NCBI RefSeq assembly: GCF_009914755.1
Contig: NC_060939.1
Reading direction: 5' to 3' (one strand)
DNA length: 64,000 nucleotides
DNA from: the human T2T-CHM13v2.0 reference genome, Homo sapiens
Below are positions 40,249-54,877 of this stretch, one piece after another (within the stretch, counting starts at the first letter, position 1; each line of letters starts with the position of its first letter). The position numbers were made by a program, and so were the translations under genes. The notes beneath the pieces were generated by a model that was given only the letters and a program-made list of their open reading frames with translations, ran no database searches and was not told the DNA's origin.

Positions 40249-42037
40249 TAATTTGATGGCAACTAAAACATTAAACCTGGCCTCTGACAACTGTGGCCCT
40301 CCATTTTTTAAAAAACAGATCTTGCTTTGAGCAAAAACAGCACAATAGAATTGAAAACACTCCAGACATCATTTCACTTCTCTGGGCTCGGGTTACTGAG
40401 TATCGGATGCCCTGGGTATCACGCCAGACACTGTGAATTAGGATAATCTCAAACTGGTGAAAGCTCATCATTCACTAGCACTGCCCTGGGCTGATGAGGT
40501 CCTGCGCACTGCCCTCCAGGGAAACTAGTCTAGGTGGGAAGAGACAAGCAAATAGGTGCAGGAACATGTTGTAAACGCTATGGTTGCTACAAGCCTGGAT
40601 TTCTGCATAAGAGGAAAGGAACACTTGGAGGGTGATAAAGGCCAGAAAAATGGCATCAAAGCCTCCTGTCACCCTGTTAAGTAAAAAGGGGGCAACATGG
40701 GGGGATTAAGGATGGGAATAGGTTTACCATGGAGTGGGCCCCTCCTTTCAGACTGGAATGCTTCACAAATACTGATGTGCACAGGAATCGCGGCAGCATG
40801 TTAAAATGCAGATTCTGCTTGGGTAGGACTGAGGGGCTCATTCTAGATTTCTAACACGCTCCCAGATGTGGTTCGTGCCGCCAGCCAGGGTTGGGTGGAA
40901 AGCAGTGGAGTGGTGGATGGGGAGACGCAGCAGGAGGAAGCACGTGCAGAGAGGCTCAGTGCAGGGGAGGCCCAGTGTGCCGGCATTAAGGACAGCAGCA
41001 GTGGGAACACAGGTCAAATGAAGTAAGGGGCTGTATCATCTCCCCGACCTTGAACTGTGAGCTTCTGTGGCAGGGACTGACTCTTGGTCATCTCTCCATC
41101 CTTGAGTGTGCCCAGGAAATCTCAGTGAACAGACTTGCAGAGTTTCAGTCTCTCCTCAAAGAGTAACATTGGCCTTGCTTTCCAGTAGGACAAGCCTGGG
41201 GGGGTGAGTATTCCCTGATGGACATTTTCCTCTTCTGCCAAACTGGGGCCTGCAAGCCCCAATTCCACCCTGATCTTGGCTCCCATGGGTAACCTCATGC
41301 TCTGGACAAACACACAATCTTATTCTGGCCAGAGCCTGCTCCCAGCCCCCTAGCCCTCTGTTGCAATGCCCAGAGATGGACACACGAGAAAGGTATGGTC
41401 CAAGGAGAGCTGTTTGACTCACACCCCTGCAACCATTTGAGGCAGAGCTGTAGCCCACTGCAGCCTGTCTGGTCCCTTCTACCTGCTGGCACTGTCTCCT
41501 CCATAAGCCTGAGAGGACCTCCCTCTCCAGCTAAATGACCCCTCTGTGTGGAGAGAGGCCAGTTGTCCCTTCTAGTCATAAAGACTGTGCTTTATGCTGA
41601 GACTGTCGTTCCTCTTTTTTTTTTTAAATGTGAGATTCCCTTTCTTGTATGAAATGACAGCAGGCAATTGTTTGTGCTGAGAATGACTTTGACAAAATAA
41701 GGAGTTGGAAACCATGTTAATCTCCAGTGCCCTGAGAGCTTTTGCTAATGGGTGCATGAAATCCAAGAGCCTGGGGACCGCCCCGGGAATGGGCACCAGC
41801 ATTCTCCTCTTCCCGCCCAGCCCCCGACTCCCTCCCTGGGGACAATGACCTGCATTTCTGGGTCTGCCTCTTCTGCAAATGCTTCCTTCTGTATCATCCA
41901 AAAACACACCTTTGTGACCTAGAGATTGAAGATCTCCTCGTCCCACCTAAACGTGTTAAGCTTAAAATAAAATTGTGCAGGTTTCCAAGGTCCAGATGTT
42001 CACAGACACTTTGCAGTTTCGCTTCAAGTTCATTACG

Positions 42038-42043
42038 TTTAAT
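42038..42043 (-). terminator. Distal poly(A) signal ATTAAA
   Basis: ATTAAA on the minus strand with UGUA upstream (42076-42079) and a GU-rich element downstream (~42001-42009). Confidence 0.75.
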
Positions 42044-43217
42044 TTTTTTCCAAAAAAGTTTTGCATTGACAGCTGTACAATACTTTGGTGTTAACCTGTG
42101 GTCTTCCTTCACCTCAGTGAACTCTGCCCTGCCCATCTGTCCAGAGGAAGTCTTAGCTCCTACCCCCCACCCTCCCTGGCGCTTGGATGGGAGGCGACAC
42201 AGTATGGGATTGTGAAATCCCTGCTGCGATGCTGGGTATCTGGAAGGGGAGAAGGGGGTGGAAGCAGCGCAGGGAATGCTGTGAGATGAGAAGAGCTCAC
42301 ATCGATGGGAAATGGCCCTGGCCCAGGCTCCAGAATGTGACAGCAACAGTGGCCTGGCTGTTTTCCCGGGGGGCGGGGGGCGGGACTGGCAAACTGGGAG
42401 GAGAGGCAATTAAGACGCAACAATCAAACCAACCTTTAAATAGTAACTTTTAAAAATATAAAAACAGTTCAGTACAATGACTTTTCATTCTTTTTTTCTT
42501 CGGGAATAACTTTCTTCTACCCTCACCCTCCCTTCTGGCTAGAGCCTTAACAAGAGGTGGCAGATGGACATCTGAGACCCAGAGAGACTCTGGACGCCCC
42601 ACGCGCCCAGCCTTGGAGAGGCACAGGGTGTGTCGCCAGCCTCCACATCCCATGCCCGGTGCGCTCAGCTGGGGAGCAACCTCACTGAAGGTGGGTGGCT
42701 TTCCCTGGAGCCCCTCCCACCTCCTCAGCAGACGGAATCACACATTACAAAATAATCCATAAAAATGCAGTATAAAAATTATCTTCGATATGCTACATCC
42801 ATGGAGAGCCTGCCACCAGGACTCACAGCGGCCTTTAGCTTTTCTTTAAAAGGAGAAAAAAAAAAAGACCAAAAGGAAAAAAAAAACAAACAAAAAAAAC
42901 CCAACCCAAATCCTAACACCTCAGAACATGTTGGTACCAAAAGGTGGCACCTGCCAGAGGCGATAGTCTACCTAACCTGTTTGGGCCACAAGAGACTGCA
43001 ATCTGCAAGAAATATCCACAGTGTGCCAGGATCTGTGTCCCCCTCTCCCACCCCCCAACCCCCACTGCTCTGCCCAGGGTGGGGGTGAGGGGGATCCTCT
43101 TTTCAGACTCACAACCCTGTAGGTTTATACACTTTCCCCCCTCTAAGGGGAGAGGAAGAGACTGTAGGCGGGAAGGGGGAGAAGGCATTTTATAAAAGGA
43201 CATCACTTCTAATTCTT

Positions 43218-43223
43218 TTTATT
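43218..43223 (-). terminator. Alternative poly(A) signal AATAAA
   Basis: AATAAA preceded on the transcript by U15 (43230-43244). Confidence 0.6.
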
Positions 43224-43734
43224 CAAATTAAAAAAAAAAAAAAAGCACCCACATCAGTTGCTATTTTTCTCTGGTAGCTCCCTGAGCTGAGTTGCTATGC
43301 TGTCTTCTAACTTTTTGTCCTTTTTAGGCTGTGTCCCAAGATTCAGAAGAGCTGGAGAGGGAGTTCCTTTGAACTTCCATTGCTCACAACAATAACTAAG
43401 TGTGCACCAAAGAGAAAGACCAGGCTGAGGAGGAGAGAGGGAGAGACCAAGAAAGAGAGACACAGAGAGGGCAAGAGGCAGCCAGAGTGCAAGAGACCAC
43501 AGAAAGCTCCATTTCTGCGGGTGTCCGCCTGGACGGGCCCCCATCTCAGTGCCTTCCATCCCTCAGTCTGGCCGGCTGGTTATCAGTCCGGATGCCCAGA
43601 CCCGTGTGGAGGCACACGCATTCCAGCAGGCACCTTACGGCCAACCTGGTTGCCTTTTCCACACTCTAAGACTTTTCTCCTCTTTCTTCAATTGGTTCCC
43701 CTCCCTGTCTCCTCTTCCCAGGTGAGAGCATCTG

Positions 43735-43740
43735 TTTATT
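43735..43740 (-). terminator. Proximal alternative poly(A) signal AATAAA
   Basis: AATAAA immediately after U21 (43742-43762). Confidence 0.55.
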
Positions 43741-44324
43741 TAAAAAAAAAAAAAAAAAAAAAGCCACCACCACGAGTGGATTACAAATACAGCAGGCGAA
43801 ATACACACTCAGAGTTTCCGGTGGGAAGGGGCCTCCTCTCCCACTGATCAGTCCGCAATAGGAGTCTGTTATTTACATTTTTCACAAATCTTGTGCACTG
43901 CACAATCGGCAAAGAGAGACCCCCCCATCCCCCAGCACAACATTGTGGTCCACTCCAGCACCCCCGACCCAAGGTGAGGGACAGGGCAAAAGAAAAGGGA
44001 AGAACAAACAGAGACTCATGAGCGGGTCTGTGGGGGAACCGGAGCCATAAGCCTCCAATAAATCTATTTGTAGCAACTGCCAGCATTGTTCAGGGGGAGG
44101 AGGAGGAGCAGAACCCTTCCGAGTCTGTGAGACACATCAATCCAGGCCCAGGAGTCCAGACTGTGACGGGGCACGTGCCCTCTCAGCCGGCCGGAGCGCA
44201 GCCCTGAACGCTCGGCTGCCTGCGGCCCATCCTCCGCCATCCTCGGGGCCCCTCGCCTGGGGGTCTCCCTGTCAGAGCCGAGTCGGTTTCTCCCAGAGTT
44301 TGACAGCCCTGCTGGAGTTCTTGT

Positions 44325-44498
<174 letters not shown>

Positions 44499-45076
44499 TC
44501 ATTTTCCAGTGCTCAACACCATCTCGGTTCTCTCGGCAACAATTGCCCTCCTCTGCCCCTCTCTGATGCTCCGACCTGGAGCACAGTGCGGTGAAGAGGA
44601 GGTGGGGAGGCTTTAAAGCACCCATGAAGCATTTTCAGGTAGAGCTCCCCTCCCACCTGCTTTTCCATAAGGAAAAGCTCAGTAACAGTCTCCCACGTGA
44701 TCTTTACAGTAAGTCATAATGATCAGAACAGGACGCTTTAGCAAGAGCTTCTCCTCCGAGTTTACAAATAGGAAGAAGCATTTCCAAGCTAGGAGCTGGC
44801 GTCAGCAGCTCAGGCCCACAGCCTGATGAGTTAGGAAAAGGATTGCCACCTGATGTTTGAAGCATGTGCTGTAACTAGAGACCCTAACAATGAGGTTTGA
44901 CACGCTGCACACCAGACATTTCAGCCTGGGTCCAGAAAGCGGCATGTTGGCTGAGGGAGTGAGAGAGAATGCAAGTGTGTGTGTGGAAGCGCAAGAGAGA
45001 GAGAGGAAGAAAGTGTGTGGGGGAGACCAAGTGTGCGTGAGTAAATGAGTGTGAGTTTGATCGTGTATGGGAAAGA

Positions 45077-45181
45077 GTGCACGTGTGTGTGTGCACACGT
45101 GTGTGTGCCAATCAGTGCAGTATGGCAGGCCCCAGATCCTGGTAGATTATAAAAAGCCTCTTCCTTTCCTCCTCTCTTTCC
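45077..45181 (+). promoter_or_regulatory. Candidate antisense core promoter in the last TLE3 intron
   Basis: CACGTG x2 (45080, 45096), CCAATCAG (45108), TATAAAAAG (45148), CTCTTTCC (45174-45181). Confidence 0.35.
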
Positions 45182-45602
45182 TGTCCATGTCCCTGCTGGT
45201 GCTGAATGCAGGTGGAAACACTCACTCACTTGAGGAGGCAACACTGCTCTGGGCAAGGCTGCCGGGTGCCCAGGTGCCCAGCGCACCTCCCGCAGGTGCT
45301 CAGCATCCAGCCCAGAGCAAAAACACTTATGCTATTCCTCACTCTCCAAATCCGACAAGCGCCCCGGCTTAGAAGCCCTTGCCCTCGGGGGTCAGAAGCC
45401 ATCAGTAGCAGATTGTGTGTCCTGCTGAAGTCCCCAGGTCCTTGGGAGAACCCAATCTTGCTCCCCTATCAGGTAGGGGTGGGGAGGGGACCAGGGCAGG
45501 TCTGATCCTGGCTCCAGGCTCCTCCTGTTCTTCCTGCTGCTATCCTCACTCCCATCACCATCACCAAGTTTCAACTCTGGGTAGAACCCAGAGGAGGACT
45601 CA

Positions 45603-45719
<117 letters not shown>

Positions 45720-46499
45720 TCAGGTTGTAGCTCACTGCCCTCTAAAGCAAGACCTGCCCTAGACATGGCCAGCTGCCATAGAAAAGCAGTGAGAACTGCT
45801 AACTAGTATAACTCTCCAATTTCGAGAGGCATTTTGCAAATGGGACATGCGGACACCTGGAGAAGGCCTTTCTCTGAAATCCAGGGGGAGGGCTGGGCGG
45901 GGCTAGGATGGGAAAAGGTAGGATTTGAAGTTCATTGCAGTGATAACACTGCCTCAAAAGATTCTTGTTAAAGCCACTAAGGTTGACTGGCCTTTCTAAA
46001 TTCTACTACTGGAAGGCAACAGGAAATACTGAAAATATCCAAGCCCTGGGAGTCTGGAGACCTGGCTGAAGACAGCAGTCAGTGGGCGACCTTCCTCCAA
46101 GCAGGAACTCGGCCAGGGCTCTACAAGTGTTAAAGCCCTTATGCTCCCTGAAAGCCATGAGCACCATGCTATTCCCGACCAGAGAGAAAAATCCACTAGA
46201 GTTCAGAGAGGGTGAGATGTTCAAGACTGCACAGCTTGTCAGTGGAGGAGCAGACATTCCCATCCAAGGCTCTCAGATGCCAAAGCAAGTGGTTGTAACC
46301 ATGGAGAGGAACTGCCTGCACTGCTACTGTCCTGTTCCTTTGCCCCAAGCCTGCAAGAACTGGCTCTGGCCTAGTGTCCTGAGAGTTCAATAACTCATGG
46401 TGACATCTGCATCCGAGAAACAAGGATGTGGAACAAGATCACTTAAGGGTGTTGAAGGGGCACCAGCTCAGGGGTCAGGAGGCCTGGTTCCAGGGCCTA

Positions 46500-46799
<300 letters not shown>

Positions 46800-47171
46800 T
46801 CAAGAGGAGGGCGGCTCCCAAAGGTGCTGCTCAGGTCCTCTGAGGCTCAGGGTCCCTCCCCACCCACCCAATAACCCAGGAGTATGGGAGGTCATTTTCC
46901 ATCCCCATTTTATAGGTGAGAAAGCACAGACATTTTGCATTCAGTTACTCTGTCTCTGAGACTTTCCTCTTTCCTTAAGAAAAAAGTGAGTTAAAAAAAA
47001 AAAACTAAAATATTAAAAATTTAAGATTAAAATATTAAAGTGAGGAATGCAAATAAGAAATAATAATCCCTGGCATTTACTGAATGCTTTCTGTGAGTCG
47101 GGTTTATGGCTACGCCTTTTAGAGGGATCATTTCAGGTGCCCACATCAGACCTAGGAGGGTGCTACTATTA

Positions 47172-47714
<543 letters not shown>

Positions 47715-48663
47715 CTATGCGCATGGTCCCTTAGCGAGCTTGCAGCAAAGCTAGCCCCGGCCTCTTTCCAGTTCCAGGCCTCTTTCCAGTTCCACGGAAG
47801 GGTTTGCCCAGGGACAAGTCCCCTGGGAAATGGGGGGGGGAGGTGAAAAAGGGACCTTGCACTAGCCTTCTGAGACTGAGTCCCTCCAGGGTGGGCCTCT
47901 GGAGGAGGTGGAGCTGGAGGCTCAGGAAGGTGAGGAAGGCAGGAAGGCCCTGGGGAAGCTACGTGTGAGATGACTGATAAAGAGAATGCAGGGCCCCACT
48001 GCCTTTAGGACACAGCTCCTTAACTCGCACTCCACACGCCCTCAATTTGCCCTCTTGATCTATCTCTTCATCCTGCATGAACTATGGGGCTGAGGCCATC
48101 CATGAACACGCTGAATAACACACACAGCCCATGTATACAAGAGTCAGCTGGGCCAGGCACCCGTCTGCCTTTGCGCTGCAGCACAGTCAGAGGAAGATGC
48201 TCCACTGTCACTGTTTTACACAGGAAGAAACTGAGCCGCAGGGGTTCAGCGACTTGCACTAGGTCATAGTGGAGGCAGGATTCAAAGCCAGCAGTTTTGT
48301 CCTGAGGCTTGTTTAGCTACCACGTGATGTGGCTTCCCAGTCGGGTCTCCCTAATCTGGTCTCTGGGGCTCTGCTCCCAGCCTCTCTGCTTGCTCCACTA
48401 ATCTGACCTCCACTTCCCCAGACATGCTCCAGCTCCACTTTCTTCCCAGAGCCCTCTCCAACTCCTGGGCCCAATGGCCCTCCCTCCTCTGTCCCTCGCA
48501 TAAGGCAGGCGGAGCTGTCTTTTCACCTGTGCATCCCTCATCCCAACGGTTCTGGCCACCCCACAGTGCCTCAGACAGGGCCAAGGTCACAGCAAACAAG
48601 ACCAGGCAGGATGGGTAAAAACTTCCCCAGGACGAGGCACTAATGCTCCCTCCTGCCGGCTCA

Positions 48664-49023
<360 letters not shown>

Positions 49024-49236
49024 CTATACCCAGCAGCTGCCAGGCTGTCCCCATTCCTCAAATTCACAACCCTTTGATCTTTCATGAATACCAGGAGGTC
49101 AGAATCAGCCCCACACACAGAAGGCACAACTGAGGCTCAGAGAGGTTAGTCAGCTTGCCTAAAGTTGCTCAGCCAATACGATGCTGAGCCGGGCCCTGGG
49201 GCTCTCCCCTGTGGCCCAGGCTGCCCCATCCTCCTA

Positions 49237-49866
<630 letters not shown>

Positions 49867-50525
49867 TTAGGAGCCGGTGGTATTAGGGAAGGGATCTGCT
49901 TGCCCCTGCAATAGCAAATGGGAAAGTCCATGTCAGAGCCTGTGGTGAGCCAGCCTGGCCTGCCTGCTGTTTCAGGCTCTGGTGGGTGCCCTCTCAATCA
50001 GCATCTAGATTCTCGTGGACAATTAGAGGACTGTGTCAGGCAGTGTCTCGGCATTATCTGTAGGCTCAATCTTTTAGTTTCCTAGCAACCCAAGGAAGTG
50101 AAGGGCCGGGGAGAGTGTGCCCTCCAGGGGAGGGAAGCACTGCTGACAGGGAAGGGCCTGCGACCAGCGGCACTGGGGCCTTCCCAGCAGGTTGAACCCA
50201 AAGGAGTCGGCAAGGCCCACCACAGCTCCAGGTGACTCGGTGAGGAGTGTTCCTTCTCTCCCAGCCCAGTGGCCATGTACTTAGCTAACTCCATGGCTCC
50301 TCTGTCGGAGGGAGCTTCTGTGGGTGCTCAGAAGTGTGGCTTGGCTACAGTTTCCTGGGGTTGCAACCAGCCCTCGGTGCCTCTAGAGGGACAGATACCT
50401 TTCCAAAGGGACGTGCACCAGGGCAAACCCTTGGTCAGGGGATGAGGGGCGTTGTTGGAATTGGGGGTAGAGTGCTCTCTCCTGCCCACCCTACAAAGCA
50501 TGCAGTAAGTATAGCCAAAGCTTAC

Positions 50526-50602
50526 GGTTTTCCTCCAGGAATGGAGGCCAGGCTTGAGGGGAGGCCTGTGGCCCGCATCGGGGGGTGAGGGTCAAAACCA
50601 AC
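50526..50602 (-). CDS. TLE3: TLE3 exon 14 (77 bp), [26 protein letters not shown]
   Basis: ttacag|GTTGGT ... AAACC|gtaagc. Confidence 0.97.
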
Positions 50603-50933
50603 CTGTAAAGCAAGGCAAGACAGCCCTCCATCAGCCGTGCTGCCACACACCCCCACCCCTGCCTCCTCCACCACCCACCCGGGGTCCTACCTGCACGGCT
50701 CTGCCACTTTGTAACCCAAGAGACAAGCTGAGCAGAGCAGAGCCCATTGATTCAGAGGAGACACAGGCCCAGGACAGCCCGTGGCAGGGAAGGGGTGACA
50801 GTGCAGACCCCACTGTGAACCAGCATCCTCCCTGTTCTGCAAGGCAGAGCTGGCCCTGCCCTACTTCTTTCCTCTCCTGTGGTCCTAGTGGGCCTGCCAG
50901 TGGAGAGGAGGCCACCCCAGGTCCAGGAGGTAA

Positions 50934-51280
<347 letters not shown>

Positions 51281-51686
51281 CCTAACTCTTATTATTTATT
51301 CACCACAATAGAAAGTCTTGTACAACCAGTCCCATCTACGAGACCCCTGCTCCATGGACATCACCTGACTCGCCCTGGGATTCCTACCCCCCAGAGCTGG
51401 GAAAGCCAGGTGTCAGCCCCGTTTTGCAGACTAAAAGGGAGGCTGCCTTGCATGAGGTCACAGGGCGGCTCACAGGCCAGTGGGGGATGGAACTCAGGTC
51501 TGCTGGCCCCAAAGAGTGTACCCTTCCAGCCAAGTCTCAATTGTTTCCGATACACCTTCCCACAGGGGCAGCTGCCTGGCCTTGAGACCCTGAGGGGCCC
51601 CTTTAGCATGTGGGGAGCACCCGTCCAACCACCGGCTCCCCACACCACGCCCAGTCCCCAAGAAAGGAGCCAAAAGGTCTACGTAC

Positions 51687-51886
51687 AGCTCCAAAGCTCA
51701 CCATTGGCGATCGGCCATAGGCAGCGGCTGCAGCAGCGGCGGCGGCGCTCATCTGGGGTGGGATGTTGTGGAGGCCGGCGTAGGCGCCAGGACTGGTGAG
51801 GGAGCCGTTCATCTCATGGTGGCTCATCATGGCGAAGGGCGCCGCATAGGAGCTGGTGATGGAGATGGGCGTGCGCAGAGCCGAGG
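51687..51886 (-). CDS. TLE3: TLE3 exon 13 (200 bp; 185 bp with the alternative donor at 51702), SP domain with Ala9 tract
   Basis: tcgcag|CCTCGG; donors ATG|gtgagc and GCT|gtacgt, 15 nt apart (VSFGA). Confidence 0.96.
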
Positions 51887-52377
51887 CTGCGAGGGGTGGG
51901 CGTCAGGGAGGTGGGCCTTAGGTGGATTGGGACATGGCCATGGCCGCCTCACCCAGCAATAACCCTCCCTGCATTCTTAAGCTGCCTGCTCCAGGCAGTC
52001 CTCTCAGACTGAACCCACCCAAGTGGGATCCCTGCCTTCAGAGCCAAAGAAGCTTAGAGCTTGGCAGATGCACCCACCTCTTTTTACAGAGCAGGATATG
52101 GAGGCCCAAATGGGCTTGCTTAGAGCCTCACTGGACTAATGACAGGGGTGGGAACAGATTTTGGGAGCCCTGACCTGTCTGCTGCTGCTTTCATGTCTGG
52201 CCCAGCAGGGGTCCCAGAAACCCTGGTGTCACCTCCTCAAATCTGACCGTGAAGTCCCCAGGGGCAGGCCCTGGGAGACACTGCCTGTGCTCTATCCCAT
52301 GCGTGTGTGTCACCCCTGCCCTGGCCAAGAGCAGACCCCCTCCCCCCAATCAGATTAACCCAGCCCATGGTGCCTAC

Positions 52378-52519
52378 CCATTATACCTATCGGGTCCATG
52401 CCCGGAGGTTTACCCGGCATCGACCTGAGCCCTGGGGTCGTGCTGGTGCCTGGAGTTGGGGCGTCGTTCCTTGGGGTTGGTGTGTTGGACTTGAGCCCAG
52501 GGGTGGAGGATTTGTCGTT
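52378..52519 (-). CDS. TLE3: TLE3 exon 12 (142 bp; 133 bp with the alternative donor at 52387), [10 protein letters not shown]...MDPI(GIM)
   Basis: cttcag|AAC; two in-frame donors ATAG|gtataa and ATGG|gtaggc, 9 nt apart. Confidence 0.96.
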
Positions 52520-52890
52520 CTGAAGAGGGGAGATGCAGAACAAGGGAGGCCATGAGGCTTCCATTCTCCTAGGAGCCGGGCACAACTGGTGCCGGTCCCA
52601 ACGTGAAGCCCAGAGCCAGACCCTTATGAAGCTTCTGCCGAACAGCCTCTCAATCCTTGCCCAACCTTGTTTGGCAGGGACTGGGGTGATCACTCCCATT
52701 TTACAGACGTAGCAACCGAGGCTCAGAAACGTTAACTCATTAGCACAGGCCCAGCAGGCACAGAAGGTAAACCGGGGCCAATCACCCACCCAGCTTCTCC
52801 CACTCCACCCCTCTGCCTGCCAATCGGCACCACCCCAGCTCCAGTCCCTGCCGCTCCCTTCCCACTCCCTTCCACCCAGACCCCACATAC

Positions 52891-53043
52891 ATGACCAAGG
52901 TCTTTGGTCTTGGAGGAAGGTGTGCTACTGGAAGAGGCCACCGAGGCAGGGCTGGTGGGGGCATCTTTTTTCAGGCTACGGGCCTTGTCCAGCCCATTTT
53001 CAGGAGGGGAGTGTGCCGGGCTGACCCGGGGCGTTGCGGGGTC
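52891..53043 (-). CDS. TLE3: TLE3 exon 11 (153 bp), DPATPRVSP...KTKDLGH
   Basis: tttcag|GAC ... CAT|gtatgt. Confidence 0.97.
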
Positions 53044-53637
53044 CTGAAAACACAAGTGATGCAGAGATGCACTGAAAGCAACAGCCAGCCTCGAGGCTTC
53101 CCTGCTCTGGGAGTGGGAAGAGAGAGGGCATGGGCGATGGGAAGACGAGCTTGGCTGAAAGACTGGGGGCCCCACAGTGAGGAAAAACTAGCTCTTAACC
53201 ATCTGGTCTGACTGAGGCCTAGGGAGGGTGGAAGGATGGTCTTCCCAATGTCAAACACAAGTTCAGGACTTCAATCAGCATGGCTGGGTTTGGCCAAATG
53301 TAGATGCTCTCCAGCTCCTCCTCAGGCCCCTGAGGCTGAGACCCTGGGGGGACGGAGGATCACGGGGAATAGAAGATGGCCCCTACCTGGGATCTTTGGG
53401 GGTGTCTCTCTGGAGACCCATTGCAGGAGGCCCTCCAGGCCCATAAATGCCCAGACACCATGCAGCAAAGCCCTGCCCTGCTCCTCTTGACCCCCTGAGA
53501 CCCCAAGACTGGAGGCCTTGTCTCCCTGCTCAGGCTGACAGTAATACTAGAACAGACAGAATAGATCCCACCCTGGGGAGGAATAATTCCAAACCATGCC
53601 AAACCAAGAGCCCCCTTGCGACCGGGCCTGCCCATAC

Positions 53638-53688
53638 CTCATTGGAAACATCCACCACCAGATCATCACTCTTGTCCCCATCACTGTC
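53638..53688 (-). CDS. TLE3: TLE3 exon 10 (51 bp), DSDGDKSDDLVVDVSNE
   Basis: ttgcag|GAC ... GAG|gtatgg; conserved CcN motif. Confidence 0.97.
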
Positions 53689-54757
53689 CTGCAACCAAGA
53701 GAGAAGCCAACTGGTCAGTAAGAGGCCACACTTTCCCCACCCCTGACTGAGCCCAAACCACCCTGTCCTTCTACTGGCCAGGACCTGAAGCCAGGCCAAA
53801 CCCCAAAGTCCATGCTTTCTACTCCAGCCCTGCCCTTCAACAGGCTCCACTCCAGCTCAACACAGTCTCCCCGTGAGGCTGTCCCCTAGCCCAGGCCCCG
53901 GGTTACTCCACTCCTGTACCCACTGGGCAGCCGCACTGACACCCGCTCCATCATAGCAGTTCTAAGCCCCTGCCCCCACAGCCTGCCCTTCTGCTTCTCT
54001 CTGAAGCCAGAACCTTCTTCCCAGCTGGTTTTACATCCACCATCCTTCACAGTCAGTGTGCTGCTCTCACCTGGTCATTCCCACCCGTCTGTGTGGGATG
54101 GTAACTTGCCTCCTCTCACAGAAACACAGCTGAGTGTCCTTTGGGTGCTCAATGTGTCCAAAGCCACACAGCAGCCATGTGGCTGAAGAGGGCTGGGTGC
54201 AAGACCGCTGAGGCCCTGCACCATATCCTCCCCTTCCCTCTGTCCCAGCTCTCAGCCCTGCACAGCCTGACACAGGGGAAACACAACAGCCATGCTTCCA
54301 CTAGGGTCTCACGTGCCGGGGGCATCCCATTAAAAGGCTAGTAAAAGCCATGACTGGGTGGCCAAGTGAGTGCATGCCTCAGGCCAACTGAGAGGACTAT
54401 AGGGTCCACATTTTGGGGGTCACTGGGAGCAGCCCCTTAGAGCCAAGTGGGATTCCGGCAGCACCATGACAGCAGCATGGGGTTGTTGGCCTGTCTGTGG
54501 GAAGAGACCCCATGGAGGCTAGGACGACCTCCCCATCCACCTCCGCCCCACAGTGGCTCGCATGCTCATAGCGTGTGTGAACTTCACCCTAGCCCTGTTC
54601 CCACCCTGCTCTCCTCAATAGGGTCCCCTATCGCCAACCTGTGCTTCTCTGACTCACTGCCAACCACAAGAAGACCCTGGCCACAGCTTGGGCCCTGCAG
54701 ACACCCCCTGCCCTACCCAACAGAAACCCCAGTGGTGCCATGGCGCCTTGGACGTAC

Positions 54758-54877
54758 GTATCGGCTCAAGCTGTCCTTCTCCTCCGCCTTCCGCTTCTTG
54801 GCTTCCATGCTGTAGTCCGCAGAGCCCCGGTGCTTCTCACTGGCCCGGAGGCTTTCCGAGGGTGACACAGAGTTATT
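54758..54877 (-). CDS. TLE3: TLE3 exon 9 (120 bp), NNSVSPSES...KKRK(NLS)...DSLSRY, CcN domain
   Basis: ttccag|AATAAC ... CGATAC|gtacgt; matches TLE3. Confidence 0.97.

Larger units (their letters stand above)
42018..44324 (-). other. TLE3: TLE3 3' UTR (~2.3 kb; distal end approximate)
   Basis: Repeat-free sequence after the stop, with U tracts, a Pumilio element UGUAAAUA (43870-43877) and three poly(A) signals. Confidence 0.85.
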
